A stretch of 59,846 bases of DNA, counting the filler, from Sphacelaria rigidula (taxonomy: Eukaryota): the NCBI GenBank assembly GCA_964200075.2. It is 6 parts of 6 records of this genome, joined end to end, with 100 filler letters (N's around TTAATTAATTAA, not from the genome) between each part and the next. Parts side by side here need not be neighbours in the genome. Positions count along the whole stretch, not along the records: positions 1 to 9,893 come from CAXNAA020007541.1; positions 9,994 to 19,884 come from CAXNAA020007542.1; 4 more parts are not named here. One strand, given 5' to 3'. Position numbers and translations under genes: made by a program. Positions 1-12,075 of this stretch are shown piece after piece (within the stretch, counting starts at the first letter, position 1; each line of letters starts with the position of its first letter). The notes beneath the pieces were generated by a model that was given only the letters and a program-made list of their open reading frames with translations, was not told where the DNA came from and made no database searches.

Positions 1-882
1 CCAAGGCCACCGACGTGAAACGGACCCGGGGCGCCCGGTGCAAAGCAGCAGCCCAGGCAGCAAAACGGACCCCCCCCCCCCCCCCGACTAATGTTCGTTT
101 TCACGCCTTCGGACGCCGGAAAGCATGAAGGAGAGTACACTGAACCACTTCATCCGCGCGTACTACACCAGTACTGATGAACTACCTCGACTACCGGGCA
201 GCGGAGGCTAAGTATTGTAGGGCGGAATTATTGCTCTCGTGCGCTGAGAAGCACTTAGTGTCACGCGAGAGTAAAGTCACCGCCCGGGATGCATCAGTCA
301 CGAGATCCCCGTCGTTATTGTAGCACAACAGCTGAGGTTCCCGTCTCCCGTGTCTCATCAGAAGAGACAGGGTAGGAATAGCGTGCACATTCTGTTTATT
401 TTTCCCTCTGAAGCTCGGACGTGGCGATTACAAGAGCCGATGTTGATACCAGAACACATACCGTGTGATGGCGTTCCGAGAGGGATTTTCCACCACCCGC
501 GGCGGGATGGGGCAGGGCAGGGCAGGGGGCGGCGGGACGAAGGCTGAGCATGGCGGTCCAACGCACGTGTAGTGGTTGCAGTGATGGAGAAAATTGTGCG
601 TCATAGCCGACAGCACACCCAGACGACGAGCATATGTGAAGGGAAATGCTAAATATAAAAAGAAAAAAATGGTTGTCGCGTTCAAGTCTTCTTCGCTCGT
701 GCGGACAAAAACGCAAAATCTAGACAGTAGTGAGCACGGAATAAACGAGTAAGAGGACTATTTTTGTTCGTATATCCCACCAGTACAAGAAAATGTTGTT
801 CTCTCAATGTTTTAGTACGTGCCCACTACTGTAACGGAAGAGGAAGGTGAGAGCGGCGCGGCACGCGATGCAGAGGACCCAC

Positions 883-1026
883 CTCTTCTTCACCTGGCTG
901 CATGAACACGAACTTGTGCGGGTCTGCCATGATCGGAATCAAGCCTAGCCGGTGAGCAAGGATCTCATCATGGATGATCGAAGAGTTCATGAACATGTAC
1001 ACGTTCTCGATGGCCACGGTCGCCAC
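883..1026 (-). CDS. RPAC1: DNA-directed RNA polymerases I and III subunit RPAC1 (AC40/RPC40), internal exon; the gene continues beyond this exon and no downstream exon was identified
   Basis: Translates VATVAIENVYMFMNSSIIHDEILAHRLGLIPIMADPHKFVFMQPGEEE, which contains the conserved N.S.I.DE.LAHRLGLIP motif of the Rpb3/AC40 family. CAG acceptor at 1029-1027, GTGGGT donor at 882, 144 nt, phase 0/0. Confidence 0.92.
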
Positions 1027-1706
1027 CTGCTCGATCAAACAGCACATCACCACGATAATTGTTATTACCAAACGAAGTCATACTATGTGCGTCGTACTTC
1101 ACAGCAAGGCATTGACTCCCATGATACGTGCCAGTCAACGCTGTATGTTTTGTACTCGTGAGGTGCCATGTTCCGTTCCTTTCGCGGAACTTTTGCCCCA
1201 GCGCTCGAGTTGAGAGCCTATGCAAGCTCAAAACACCGCATGCACTAACATACAGAGTGAGGGCGACAAAGAGAACACTACACGAACCTCTGGCTACGGG
1301 GTACATTCGTGTGTTCTTCACGCATCAAAACGATACATCCATAATGTTGAGGTAGCGAACTCGATGCGGTGCCCCTGTGGTTTTTGCTTTGCTCCTTCCC
1401 CTCACACTTCCAACCCCTTTGCTTCCTCGGGACATGTCCGTGGTCTCAAGGGGTCAACCAATCTCTCCCCCGGTGCACGTCTTGCATTTCGGTCTTTCAA
1501 ATTGAATCGCCACTCTCGCACCGCGTCAACCTCGCCAAACAAACCTCAGCCAAACAATTTCTGGTAATCCCGCCCTCACCCTTTCAATGGCGGAAATCAG
1601 AAGCTACAAAAGCAGATGGAGGAAAAACCCGAACGCATTTGGCGGGCATCGCACCCGCGTCCGTTACAAACACGATATGTCAACGTGAATAATGCCTGTC
1701 CCGTAC

Positions 1707-1835
1707 CTCGGCCAGCAGGATTCTCCGCAAAGCGTTTGCGATGGACGCGTCCACCCCCACGAGATCGAATGCCAACTCATTCTTGTCTTCTCTCCCGGAG
1801 TCCGCGACCTTAAGGTCTAGCTTTCGGGCAACACG
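1707..1835 (-). CDS. RPAC1: RPAC1 internal exon
   Basis: Translates [43 protein letters not shown], with the FDL.G.DASIANA.RRIL.AEV motif typical of AC40. Acceptor ccctatccgcag, GTACGG donor at 1706, 129 nt, in phase with exon 883-1026. Confidence 0.9.
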
Positions 1836-3129
1836 CTGCGGATAGGGCAGGTGCTGGTCCTGATACGTATGCAGCAACGGTCAACATCCAGGGACGACCT
1901 CAGCACGCAGGTCGACGATATGTTCATTTGCACGTGGAAAATGGTCTAGTCACGGAAACGTGGCGGATCAATGTAGAGGCTGCTGTTCTGATACCCTCTG
2001 CACGGAAGAGATGGGCGTGACACAACAGTTTCACATGCACCCACGCACGCACAGGCAGCGACCGTGTCGTCGTAATATTGACCAGCTTCTGCACTGTGCT
2101 GCGAAAGTGAACAGCTTGTGTTCAGCTCAACCGCAGCGCTCTCACGTTCTTTGCGCACTACCAGCTGTACAACAGTATGCGTGCACTACCTGTGCGTGAA
2201 CATGTATACAGTATCCTTGTGGATTGAGCCGGTAAAAAAATGCTACGTAGGCCAGTCACCCGTAACGGCGCCGCATGGTGCAACCGGACGTGGCAATCAT
2301 ACGTCCATCAATCCGACATCCATGTGTCTTGAACATCACATTTTTTGCCACGTATGTAGCACTTCATCGCACTGGCTCCCTGACCGACCCACTGCGCAGT
2401 CTAGTACAAAAGCGTGATATTGTCAGTGATACCAGCCGTATCCGCGAGTGTATGCTGCTCAAGTTGTGCCATTGTGGGTGCTAGCAGTCCCACCACTTCT
2501 CTTCCGCGGAAATGCCCATGTCTTACATTAAGTTATCCCCGAGGGACACAGCCGTGGTCACAATTTACATCTACCCGAGGTGGACAAAATGGGAACGCTC
2601 GCTCAAGAAACGTGAAGAAAAGCGGGATACGAAGACTAAGAAAATAGAACAAACAAAAGAAGTTGACTGGAAACGAAAAACGATCAACGAAACCAATGAG
2701 AGAGGAACGAAGAATAAGCAGCAAAATTATCATGATATAATGAAGAAAAAAAAACGAATAGATCGGCTTCCTCAGGTAAAAAAGGTTGGGCTCTTGGCAT
2801 TGTTGTGGTACCAGCACTGCGCCGCCGTGAAGGATGGCCTGGCCTAACTGGTACATTTCAACCCCTTTGAGCTTCAAGTTGTATCAATGCTACGACATGA
2901 ATGCAATGTTGACGTTTTTTTTTCTTCTCGGGGGCTACTATCATAATCAATCACATCAGCGAAGAGGGGAGCGATCAAGCCGCCAGCGACCGAAAACGGG
3001 CGTTGTTCGTCGTTTGTTTAGGAAGAACACATTGAAGCGACAGCATTGCATGCCCTGTTCCACAGTATAATCAGATAATGCCACCGCATGATGACCTTGA
3101 CTCTTTCGTTTGTCACATGGCTTCAGTGT

Positions 3130-3498
3130 AAGGACAGGTCGGGTAAGGTATACCCGACACTCGGTATTTTGAAAAGTCACACTCTCAGTACCAAAATTTG
3201 GGCAGAGTATTTGAGGCCGTACCCAATCCACTGAATGATTCAGGTAGAATATAAAAATCGTATCTAAACTACTCACATTTTGGGTAGATAAATACAGTCA
3301 TACTCAAGTGATGCTCTATACCGAGGTATTGCTGAGAGTGCTTACCCATTATTGGAGTATTGATATCATACCCAATCTACGCAAACAATGGGTATAGTAT
3401 GTGAGGTCGTACCCAATTCACCAGAACCTTGAGTGGAGTAAATACTCGTGTATTTTACCCGAGCATTCAAAAGTACATACCCTACCCGACCTGCCCTT
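3130..3498. mobile_element. MITE with about 22-bp TIRs and internal short repeats
   Basis: Left end AAGGACAGGTCGGGTAAGGTAT; reverse complement of right end AAGGGCAGGTCGGGTAGGGTAT. Internal GAGTATTTGAGGTCGTACCCAAT-like units. No clean TSD. Lies in the probable first RPAC1 intron. Confidence 0.75.
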
Positions 3499-3689
3499 GA
3501 ATACTGCTGGAGGAGGGGTCGGTGGGCTCACGCAACTGCACGCTTTTTTGTTTTTTGATGACTACCACTCGCTCATATATGTGGTAGCATGCGATGCGAC
3601 GTAAGGCATCTCTTTGGTGCCCATCGTTCGCCCATATGCTCAAGGTAGTCTGTGAAGCGACGTCACGAAGTTACCGACAGTCAGGGTTG

Positions 3690-4213
3690 CTCATCATACT
3701 CGAGTGATTCTCTATACCTCAGTATTGCAGATATGGCTCACCCAATATTTGGGTCAAGTATTGGAATTGTACCCATTCTACTCAAAATATTGGGTATTGT
3801 ATCAGAGATCATACCCACCTTACCTAAACGTTGGGTAGACTACTGAGCCCATACCCAGGTGATACTCTATCCCCAGGTATTACTAAGGTTGCTCGCCCAA
3901 TATTTGAGTAGAGTATTTGAGGTCGTACCCAGTCTACCCAAATGTTAGGTAGAGTATTGAGGTCAAACTCAAGTGATACTCTATACCCAGGTGTTGCTGA
4001 GGGTGCTTACTCAATATTTGGGTAGAATATTGAGATCATTCCCAATCCACCCGAAATATGGGTGGAGTATTTGAGGTCGCACCCAACCTACCCAAAAAAT
4101 AGGTAGAGTATTTGAGGCTGTACCCAATCTCCTCAAGCCTTGAGTAGAGTAAATACCCGGATATTTAACCCGAGTATGGAAAAGTAAAAGTACATACCCT
4201 ACCCGACTTGGCC
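3690..4213. repeat. Second, left-truncated copy of the 3130-3498 family with an expanded array of about 41-bp units
   Basis: Same right terminus (GTACATACCCTACCCGAC at about 4190-4207). GAGTATTTGAGG-like units at about 3911, 3952, 4066 and 4107. Confidence 0.7.
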
Positions 4214-7200
4214 TCGAAAGTCTTGGAAGATCCCGCGTCTACAATCCCCCCCGGAGGCACAAATGTAAGTCAACGCGTCCAATGTACAAACACACGCAAA
4301 CAGCTGGGAGATCAGGGGAGCCATCACTACGCGAAGACAGCAATTCGCAGGAATAGCAGAGTCTGCCAGTACCGTCTTCAGCCACGGCTGGTAGCGGCGT
4401 GATCGGGGGTACAAACCGCCGGCAACTATCGCACACAAACTGGTGCGACCATGAATTCGACTGACACATATCTTCGCGTATATACTGTACTTGACTGTAT
4501 GCTGCTTGCAGGCTTCACTTGCGACGATCTTGTCAAGACATGTCGTTGCTGCCCTGACATCGAGCTGAGACTCTCTGCTGTGCGATGGGTGCTGTACTCT
4601 ACTACCGTACTGTACTCTTCCGAGTGCGTGCGCGGTTGATTTTGATTATGCGCGGCACTCCCTATAGTAATGACCGGCCCGCGAATGCGTCTCGGTTGTT
4701 AGTGAGCCTGAGGCCTGCTAGGGCTGAACCGATTGAGGGCGGAAAAGGGGATTTGATTTCCCAGCAGATACAGTATTGCGCGTTTCATTTCTCAACATCA
4801 TATGGTTTCCGTCGTTGAGAAAAAGCACATGTCAGTAAAAGGTGGAGGAAATCATTTAACTGGAACAAAGTGCACCCCATGTAACTTTTCATCATCCGAG
4901 ATCAACAAATGAAGGTGTATCCGTCATCCTCGCACCCAAATTAGTCTGCACAAGAAGTCTCGTTGAAAAATTCGATATTTTTTTTTCCAGGCTTGCCATG
5001 GGTCAGAGAAGTTCCAGCGCGGGGCGGATTCGAGCTCCATCCACCGCGTACCCGATCTGCAGTCAACGGTGCTGCCGGAAACTAGGCTGTGAACAGCCCG
5101 ATAGTTCGTTCGTATGTCTCGGTATATGCTTGCCATGTGCGTTCGGCCGCGGCTCCATCGCGGTGTCAAAAACGTTGTACGGGCCATGCACCAGAAATTT
5201 GGTATGTACATACAATGAAGCGAAAATTGATCATCGAGCAGTACCAATACTCTTTCTTCACAGCACGAGCCAGGCATGACTCGAAAGATGTTCTCGTAGG
5301 CGCTTTGCCACTGCCTGCGTTATGTTGCACCATTCATCAGTGGCGAGGAAATGCGGAAAACCATGATTTTTCACCATATCCAGGTAGGAATTCACGTGAT
5401 TTGGAACCCTCAACTTACTCCAGGCACATACTTGGATGCCTGCTCGGAAGTGCTTGCTGAGAGCTTTCATTTGACAAGTTTCGACGTGGAAGGTGCCACC
5501 CCACCCACCGACGATCGAACCAAGCATTGCTTCAACAAAGAAGTGATTTCTGCCGTTGTAGCAAACAATTTTTGACGACAGTCGACGCTGTCACCGCGGA
5601 TATGTCTCCAGATAGGGGAGGGGCTAGGTGTGTAACGAAGAAGAAAAAAACATCGCCACTTCTCACGGGCGTATCCTGGCGAAAAAAAACCCGACAACCG
5701 AAATCGAAATAAAACCTGTGCGGTAAATAGGCTGCAGCTCTGAGCGGCAACCAAACGGTTTTCGATTTCACGAAACGCCGGTAAAAACCGATACATGCTC
5801 GAAATCGAAATGATCAGTTCATTTGATCGAAAGGCGGCGTAAGAAGCTTGTATGGTCGTGCCCGCGAGTCAGAAGGTCAACTGAGATATAACTGGGATGC
5901 AAATGTGTGCGAAACATCCCAGGGTATATAGCATTGCGTGCGGACACGTGCTGCAGCAGCCACAGATAGCCTGCCTCCGCTAGAATACAAGGCCCTTCGA
6001 ACGAGCGCTTTCGGGTCCGTGTTAAGCGAACATCAGCATGTGTGAACGCTTGGTATTTTTATCCGGCCCCAAGTGTCAGTTTTCGCACCATTTGTGCTCT
6101 GCGGTTTTGCGAACACACACGACAGTCATTGCAGCCCTTTCTTGATGAATGACAACCTGAACAAGCATATCATGCGTGGTGGAATAGAAACTACCGTGAG
6201 AATTACCGAGCTGTCTGGATGGCAGTGCAGCTCTCTTGGTCGGCGTTGAACCCGTGGATAGTCTGTGGTTCGTCAGCTGCTCATTACTGATGGTCACGGT
6301 GGGCCCAAATCTCATACATCTCTGAAGCATGGGCTTGCATTTTCCCTGCTAGTGCCGGACCCAGATCTGAAAACCGAGATCGAGATCGAGATCGATGTTG
6401 ATTTGTTTTGCGAAGACACGGTTTCAAAGACTGCCGCACGACAACAGAGTGAACCTCAGGAGGTATCCAAAACAGACCCTGTCAGTCTAGCTGAGTAAGG
6501 CCAAATCAAGCACACCATCAATTGAATAACTGGATTCTAGCTAGGGTTGCAGCATCAGGCATCGCGTCGAGTGGATGGTAGCTATCGCCAAACGGTTAAA
6601 AACTTCGAGGTGTGTGTGTGTGGGGGGTGTTATTTGACGTCGGATAATCACGGGGTCATGTGGCCGATAGCAGTAACGTTGTTTGCGATACATCGGACTA
6701 AACCGCCCAACAAAAACAAAACCCGTTCCACTCCTTTCTCTTGATTGGCCAATTTCATTTGGTCGAATTATACGTTCATCCCTCTCAACCTTAATGCAAA
6801 ACCGCGAGCACAGATGACGGGGTATACCACCCCCTTATGATCAGTTTTTCAATGCCAATCTTTTCGGGACAGCAGATCTTACACAGTCGAGAGACCACAT
6901 CCATAGAGGTACTATTAAACGATATGAGTCCAACGATGCACCCACACTACCTGTAGGTGGCATGGGACAAAATCGATGATGGGAAACTACACTCGGAGGA
7001 CGTGACATGAGAAACCGTATCTCCTGCGCTTGACAGTTTTCAACTGTTGTACTGTCTGTACCCTGTCTCCGCCGTGCACAGGAGTACGAGATGCGTTGCA
7101 CATGAATTATGCACCAGATTGTACCACAGCAAAGCCGACAAGGAATAGGGGTGTCCACGGGCGAAAGCAGTATACCATCAGAGACGTCGATAAACCTACT

Positions 7201-7272
7201 TCGAAGTCATATCTTGGAAAAACAGAGCACTCTCCATCCCTTGCTTGATGCACTCGGGGGCACGGTACTCAC

Positions 7273-7356
7273 CAATCGGTCCTGCTCGCTGTCTGCCTCA
7301 AATACCTCGGACGGTGCATCATTGTTGACCTGGTATTTGGTCACCCTGCCTAGCAT
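7273..7356 (-). CDS. RPAC1: Probable first coding exon of RPAC1
   Basis: ATG at 7356, MLGRVTKYQVNNDAPSEVFEADSEQDRL, then a consensus GTGAGT donor in phase 0, matching the phase-0 acceptor at 1835. This gives an N-terminus of plausible length, but conservation here is weak and the assignment is inferred. Confidence 0.55.
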
Positions 7357-7731
7357 TTCCTCCTGGCACCCGACTACGACGAATGAGACAATCGCTTTCT
7401 CTCTTGTGTCATATAGCACCAACTTCACAGACCTGTCGTACACTGATCGTCAGCAGGGATCACGCTATGAGCTGTGGTGTTGGGTCCGCGGCTGTCAGAG
7501 TGGAGCATGACGTATTTACGTCACAGATCGCGTGAGTGGAGCACAAGCCAGAACGTTGAACGTTGAACATCGAGCAGTGACAGCATGCGTCGAAAATGAT
7601 GTCTTGTCAGACGCAACAACCAGGTGCTACCAATGCCCGTACGAAAGGGTTCCCCCTGCCCACGTATTACAACGTAAGCCATTGGCTTCGTAGATGGATC
7701 GGGCTCACGAAGCACCTTCCTCAGGTCTTGG

Positions 7732-7746
7732 AAAAAAAAGGTAAAA
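7732..7746 (-). terminator. RNA polymerase III oligo-T terminator of the tRNA-Leu gene
   Basis: Minus strand reads TTTTACCTTTTTTTT immediately 3' of the tRNA discriminator base. Confidence 0.8.
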
Positions 7747-7747
7747 G

Positions 7748-7830
7748 TGCTAAGTACGAGGTTCGAACTCGTGAAGCGCTAACGCAGCGGAACTTAAGTC
7801 CGCCCCCTTTGACCTCTCGGGCAACTTAGC
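7748..7830 (-). tRNA. trnL-UAA: tRNA-Leu (anticodon UAA), intronless, CCA not encoded
   Basis: GCTAAGT/ACTTAGC acceptor stem, D-arm with GG, anticodon arm GCGGA-CTTAAGT-TCCGC, long variable arm, T-arm ACGAG-TTCGAAC-CTCGT, discriminator A, 83 nt. Confidence 0.95.
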
Positions 7831-8979
7831 TGACGGCAAGGGGGAACAAAAGCTTAAATATGTCAGTTGCATTTGATTTTTGGTTTTCGTGTGATCCGAT
7901 GCTTCGGCACGACAAACAACTTGTTGAACCACAGGGAGTGGAAGGGGCCCGGTTACCTACGAGACGTTCCCTCGTCTTTGAAATACCTTGCAAGCACTAC
8001 AGCTGTAGGCGAAATGGTCTGCGCAAATTCTCCACCAACAAGCGTTTAGTTCGTTGGCCTTCCCTCGCAACGGGACTCTGCTTCGAGGAAAACATTCATT
8101 GACTGGACAGAATCCATCGAACAACTTTCGATCACGGTACATACGTACTGAATATACGCTATATGCCTCAGTACAGCCGCCTCCGTTGAATGCCCTGCCC
8201 ACTGCCTCCGCGGCGCCCCGAACCCTCCTGGCCATAAAATCGGGCTCGGCCTCTCAGGTGCACGGACAAACTCGCCGTATCATTAACTCCGAGGCAGCCA
8301 AGTGAAAGCGTGTCAACTGCCGACTATTCTTCGTGCAGGTAGATACTGACTGTGTTCATGATCCACCATCTCAGTTGAACGAAAGATTCTCACAAAACGA
8401 GTGTATAAAGTGTGCCGCATGAGCAAACAGATGACTGTACGGGGCACGTCGGCTCGTAGGTGGATATCCACTTGGTTCATTTCGCCAAGATGCCGTTCGT
8501 TCGTTGGTGGGGTGATGCGAGTCTGGCGGAAGTATTCGAAGGAAACGAAATTTATGTGTATCGCCACAGGATCACCAGAACATTTGACGCGATCAGTCTT
8601 GGATCAGTACCCGTACACGTTCCATTCGGGAAATTAATAAGAAATCATGACCCAGGACACAATGCTCCACCACCCACTGCTGTACAGCCGCCACCATTTG
8701 TAGCGTTGTTGTACACAACGGTTAGCACAGATTGTGCAAGACTCTAGTACAGCAGCAGTGGACACACTGTGGTGTAGCTGGATGAAAGCTATCCATTGCG
8801 CCGTCCAAGACCGACGGCACCGTCTGTCAGCCTTGTTGTACAACAGGCAACAGTCCCAGAGCGAAGTACACGGCCGAGGATTACAAACAGTAGTACAACT
8901 GACAGTACCATTATTTTAGTCCAGCCAAGGTACTCCGTAGTAACGGTACCGAAGCGAAGGACCCAAGCCAGGCGAGTGC

Positions 8980-9317
8980 ATGGTCTACTCTAGACGTCCT
9001 GCGCCAATAACGGACTCCGGCCCATCGTACGCTTATCCGCTGTCGTCTTCACGCACAAAAGACTCCGGCATGCCTGGCCTGGGAAGCCTTGATCTCGAGG
9101 CGGGTAGAAGTTATGATGCGGGGAAACGGCAGAGTGGGACCTACAGAAGAAGCCAACACGGGGTTTGTGCTGGGTTCTTCGTGTCCTGTTGCAGCAGCGG
9201 CTGCGGAGGGAGCAGTAGGAAGTGGGCAATCGTGGTGACCTTTCAGACCGCGGTCATAGTTGGTCTTTTGCTACATATCGGCAAGAATGCGTCGGTCTTC
9301 TCTGCAGCAACGAACAG
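8980..9317 (+). CDS. Probable first exon of a type II single-pass membrane protein of unknown function; the rest lies beyond the contig end
   Basis: ATG-initiated 112-codon frame with a low-complexity N-terminal part, a Cys cluster (CAGFFVSCCSSGC), a basic patch (SRK) and a hydrophobic helix WAIVVTFQTAVIVGLLLHIG. Ends at an AG|GTATTT donor. Divergent from RPAC1. Confidence 0.5.
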
Positions 9318-9893
9318 GTATTTATTCTTCAACAACAGCACTTGAAAGGATGTTGGGACCACCCTTCGAAAGGGTATATGGGTGTCCATCTCTGTCGAAT
9401 CGGCATCAGTTGAAAATGAAAATGTGTGCTGACATTCCTCTACTCTCTTCTGTGCTGACTGTACTACAGTATACACCGCTGTGCTAAACTGCCGTGAGCG
9501 TCGCGTTATTAGGCGATACTGACTCCTGTAGTGAGCGTTTCAGCGGCAGGTCGACCTTGGGTCGAGTGGAGTTTACTCAATTGCGGGGTGTTTTGAAAGT
9601 TGTGCCACTGTTACGCCCAGTTTAGTGTCACGTTTTTCACCCCCCCCCCAAAATGCGACCTGGTGAAGTCAAACAAGTTGATAAGGTAAAATAATGACAA
9701 CTATGGTGATGCACAGCTGTAGTACGTATCCTACATTACCCCTCCGTCGAATCCAGTTCAATTCCATCCAGTCAAGGGTCCTTACAGACTGGAATACGCT
9801 ATTCACCACCCCGAATTCCCGAAAACCTCATTCTGGGCGACGGGTGGGGGGGGAGGGGAGGGGGTACCCCATTTTGGATGGGTAGGTACCCCG

Positions 9894-9993
9894 NNNNNNN
9901 NNNNNNNNNNNNNNNNNNNNNNNNNNNNNNNNNNNNNTTAATTAATTAANNNNNNNNNNNNNNNNNNNNNNNNNNNNNNNNNNNNNNNNNNNN
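9894..9993. other. Artificial contig linker
   Basis: N44-TTAATTAATTAA-N44 (stops in all six frames), exactly 100 bp. Confidence 0.98.
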
Positions 9994-10599
9994 GGAAAGC
10001 ACTGTTTTAGGCTTGAGCCTCATCTCGAAGTTAAACCTCAATTCTCACAATTTGTTGTTTGATGATAAAACTCGGTGGTGTGCCGGTGCACTCGACTGCT
10101 TATTTTCACATAAACGATCGCTCAAGATATGTGCACAACTGGGGGAATGACCCCTACTCGCAGCAGCACTATCCCGACCGTCAGACTTGAGTGTCGTGCC
10201 AGATTTCAACTCCAAGGCCCTACTAGCACCTGTCTGCAACATTGTCCCTGCAGACTGGTTGACACCTCGATCCATACAGAGGTGTGAATCCTTGCTAAAA
10301 ACCAAGGCCAAGGTTTTGTTTTTTTGTTTTATATAAAACGAGTCATGACTTGGATCACAAGGAAGGACAAATGCAGCAGCACACACCTACAAGCAACAAT
10401 ACAAGAGTCGGTAGAGAGGCGCCAACGCACAAACGGCACACATGAATCGTTTGGATAACGTCTCCCTCATCTACTGACATTACAAGGCTGCGAAACACCC
10501 ATTTCGTTTGGAACGTTTTTTACTTTTTTTGCCTGATTAGAACGGGGGGAGAGGGGGGGGCGTGTGGGTCCAGGAATATTTTTTTTGTGCCCTCCTGTC

Positions 10600-11292
10600 G
10601 GTACCAAAAGTTATTTTTTCATGAGTTGAAGGCATTTCACTGATAATAGCTAAAAACTAAATATTGCCCTGGACGGTCAGAAAAACCTATTTTGGCACCG
10701 AGGTTTTTTTTTCATGTCCCGTTCGTTCGTTGTGCATACCAAATTTCAGGGTCCAACTCTAAATATTGGCGGAAGCATGGGCCTTCAAAAGCCGGGTCGA
10801 TCCAAATTCGGAACAGTATTCCGAAGGCCACTCACCGGCCGATGTTTGGTTTTCGTGTGTTCAAATGTTGCGTGGGCGCTCTCCACGGTAAAATCAACAG
10901 AACAAAGCAGGTCAGTTCCTTAACTATTTTCCCCCCAGGTTTAGGGCGTTCTAGTATGGTGAAGACCATTATTTCTTCACGTGATCAACCTAACCTCTGC
11001 GAAAAAAACTTGGAAAAGGAAGGCCCACTTGTTTTTTTATTCGCAACACTTTTGTGGTTCTCGGTGCCAAGTTTCAAATCACAATTGTAAAAATTGAGCC
11101 AAAACATCGAGATAAGGCCCAAGAGTAACGTTCGTTTCTTCCCAAAACTTCACTAAAAACACGAAAAAAGATGAAGAAATGGAGGTAGAAAGCTTTTTTG
11201 AATTTTTCCTATGCCTGAAGTCATCGGGACAGAGCGGGCAAGGAGCAGAGGCAGATATGTTACGAACCCCGCAAAGCCCACCAGACTTTTCG
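10600..11292 (+). repeat. Dispersed repeat of about 700 bp, left member of an inverted pair
   Basis: Diverged reverse-complement copy at 14071-14765; both copies give the translation EKSGGLCGVRNISASAPC.LCPDD.RHRKNSKK on opposite strands. Confidence 0.8.
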
Positions 11293-11849
11293 CATTTTGT
11301 GTCAGTGTTCATTGATCAATTTCTCGCAAGAAAGCTGACAAAAAAATCATGACATTTTCATCATGTCCTCTGGGGGGGCGCTAGGTGTCCGAAACTTAGG
11401 CTGTACTCTGCCAGGTTGCGAGCACGGGCTGTACTCGGGAGCACAGTAGGCAGCTGTGCTTTGCCTATACAGTACAGTACTATGCCGTCTTCACTGTAGG
11501 GTTCGAGGTCACATACATGCAAATGCACGTCCATGGCAGTGGATGCAGGTGCAGAGGGTATGACTGCTGACTACTGCCTGCACTACGGTACTACACGTGA
11601 AGGCTTCACTTTGTTCACTGTGTGTGTTACTACTGTGTACTACTGCCTGCACTCCGGTACTACACGTGAAGGCTCTACTTTATTTGAAAACATCGGTGGC
11701 GGGCAGCTGATTAAAACAATGTGGGCTCCCGAATTAAAAAACAACGCGGGATCGGTCGTGATAAAAGGTCACGGTGGAAATAAGGATCCACCTATATAGG
11801 TGGATATACTTTTTGCGAGTATACCGCACCCTCAGGGTATATCTGTATA

Positions 11850-12075
11850 ATGTGGGCAAATTTTTGGCCCCCGGATTGTTCGCTTCTGGGACGTTTGACC
11901 CACCTTTTGACCCCCGATCCAAGAAAACCGCCAACACACGTCTCCGACACATTGCATCACCCCACAGAGAGGAGTCTAGTCTGCTTTTAAGATTCGTTTG
12001 GCTCCGAGGTTCGAAATTGGCCACGGAACAAAAACTTGTTCGCAAAAATCTGTGCTTGCCGACCCCCGCCGGTTT
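11850..12075. repeat. Partial copy of the PIF/Harbinger-like MITE at 38828-39310
   Basis: Shares CATCACCCCACAGAGAGGAG and CTTGCCGACCCCCGCCGGTTT with the reverse complement of 39070-39290. Confidence 0.7.

Noticed and set aside
6076..6330. ORF MLQRCMRFGPTVTISNEQL as the RPAC1 first exon
   Set aside because: The nearby donors I checked are in phase 1, incompatible with the phase-0 acceptor at 1835; 7273-7356 fits better.
9938..9949. TTAATTAATTAA repeated at about 10-kb intervals as a biological periodic motif
   Set aside because: It is embedded in N runs and is a synthetic six-frame stop linker.
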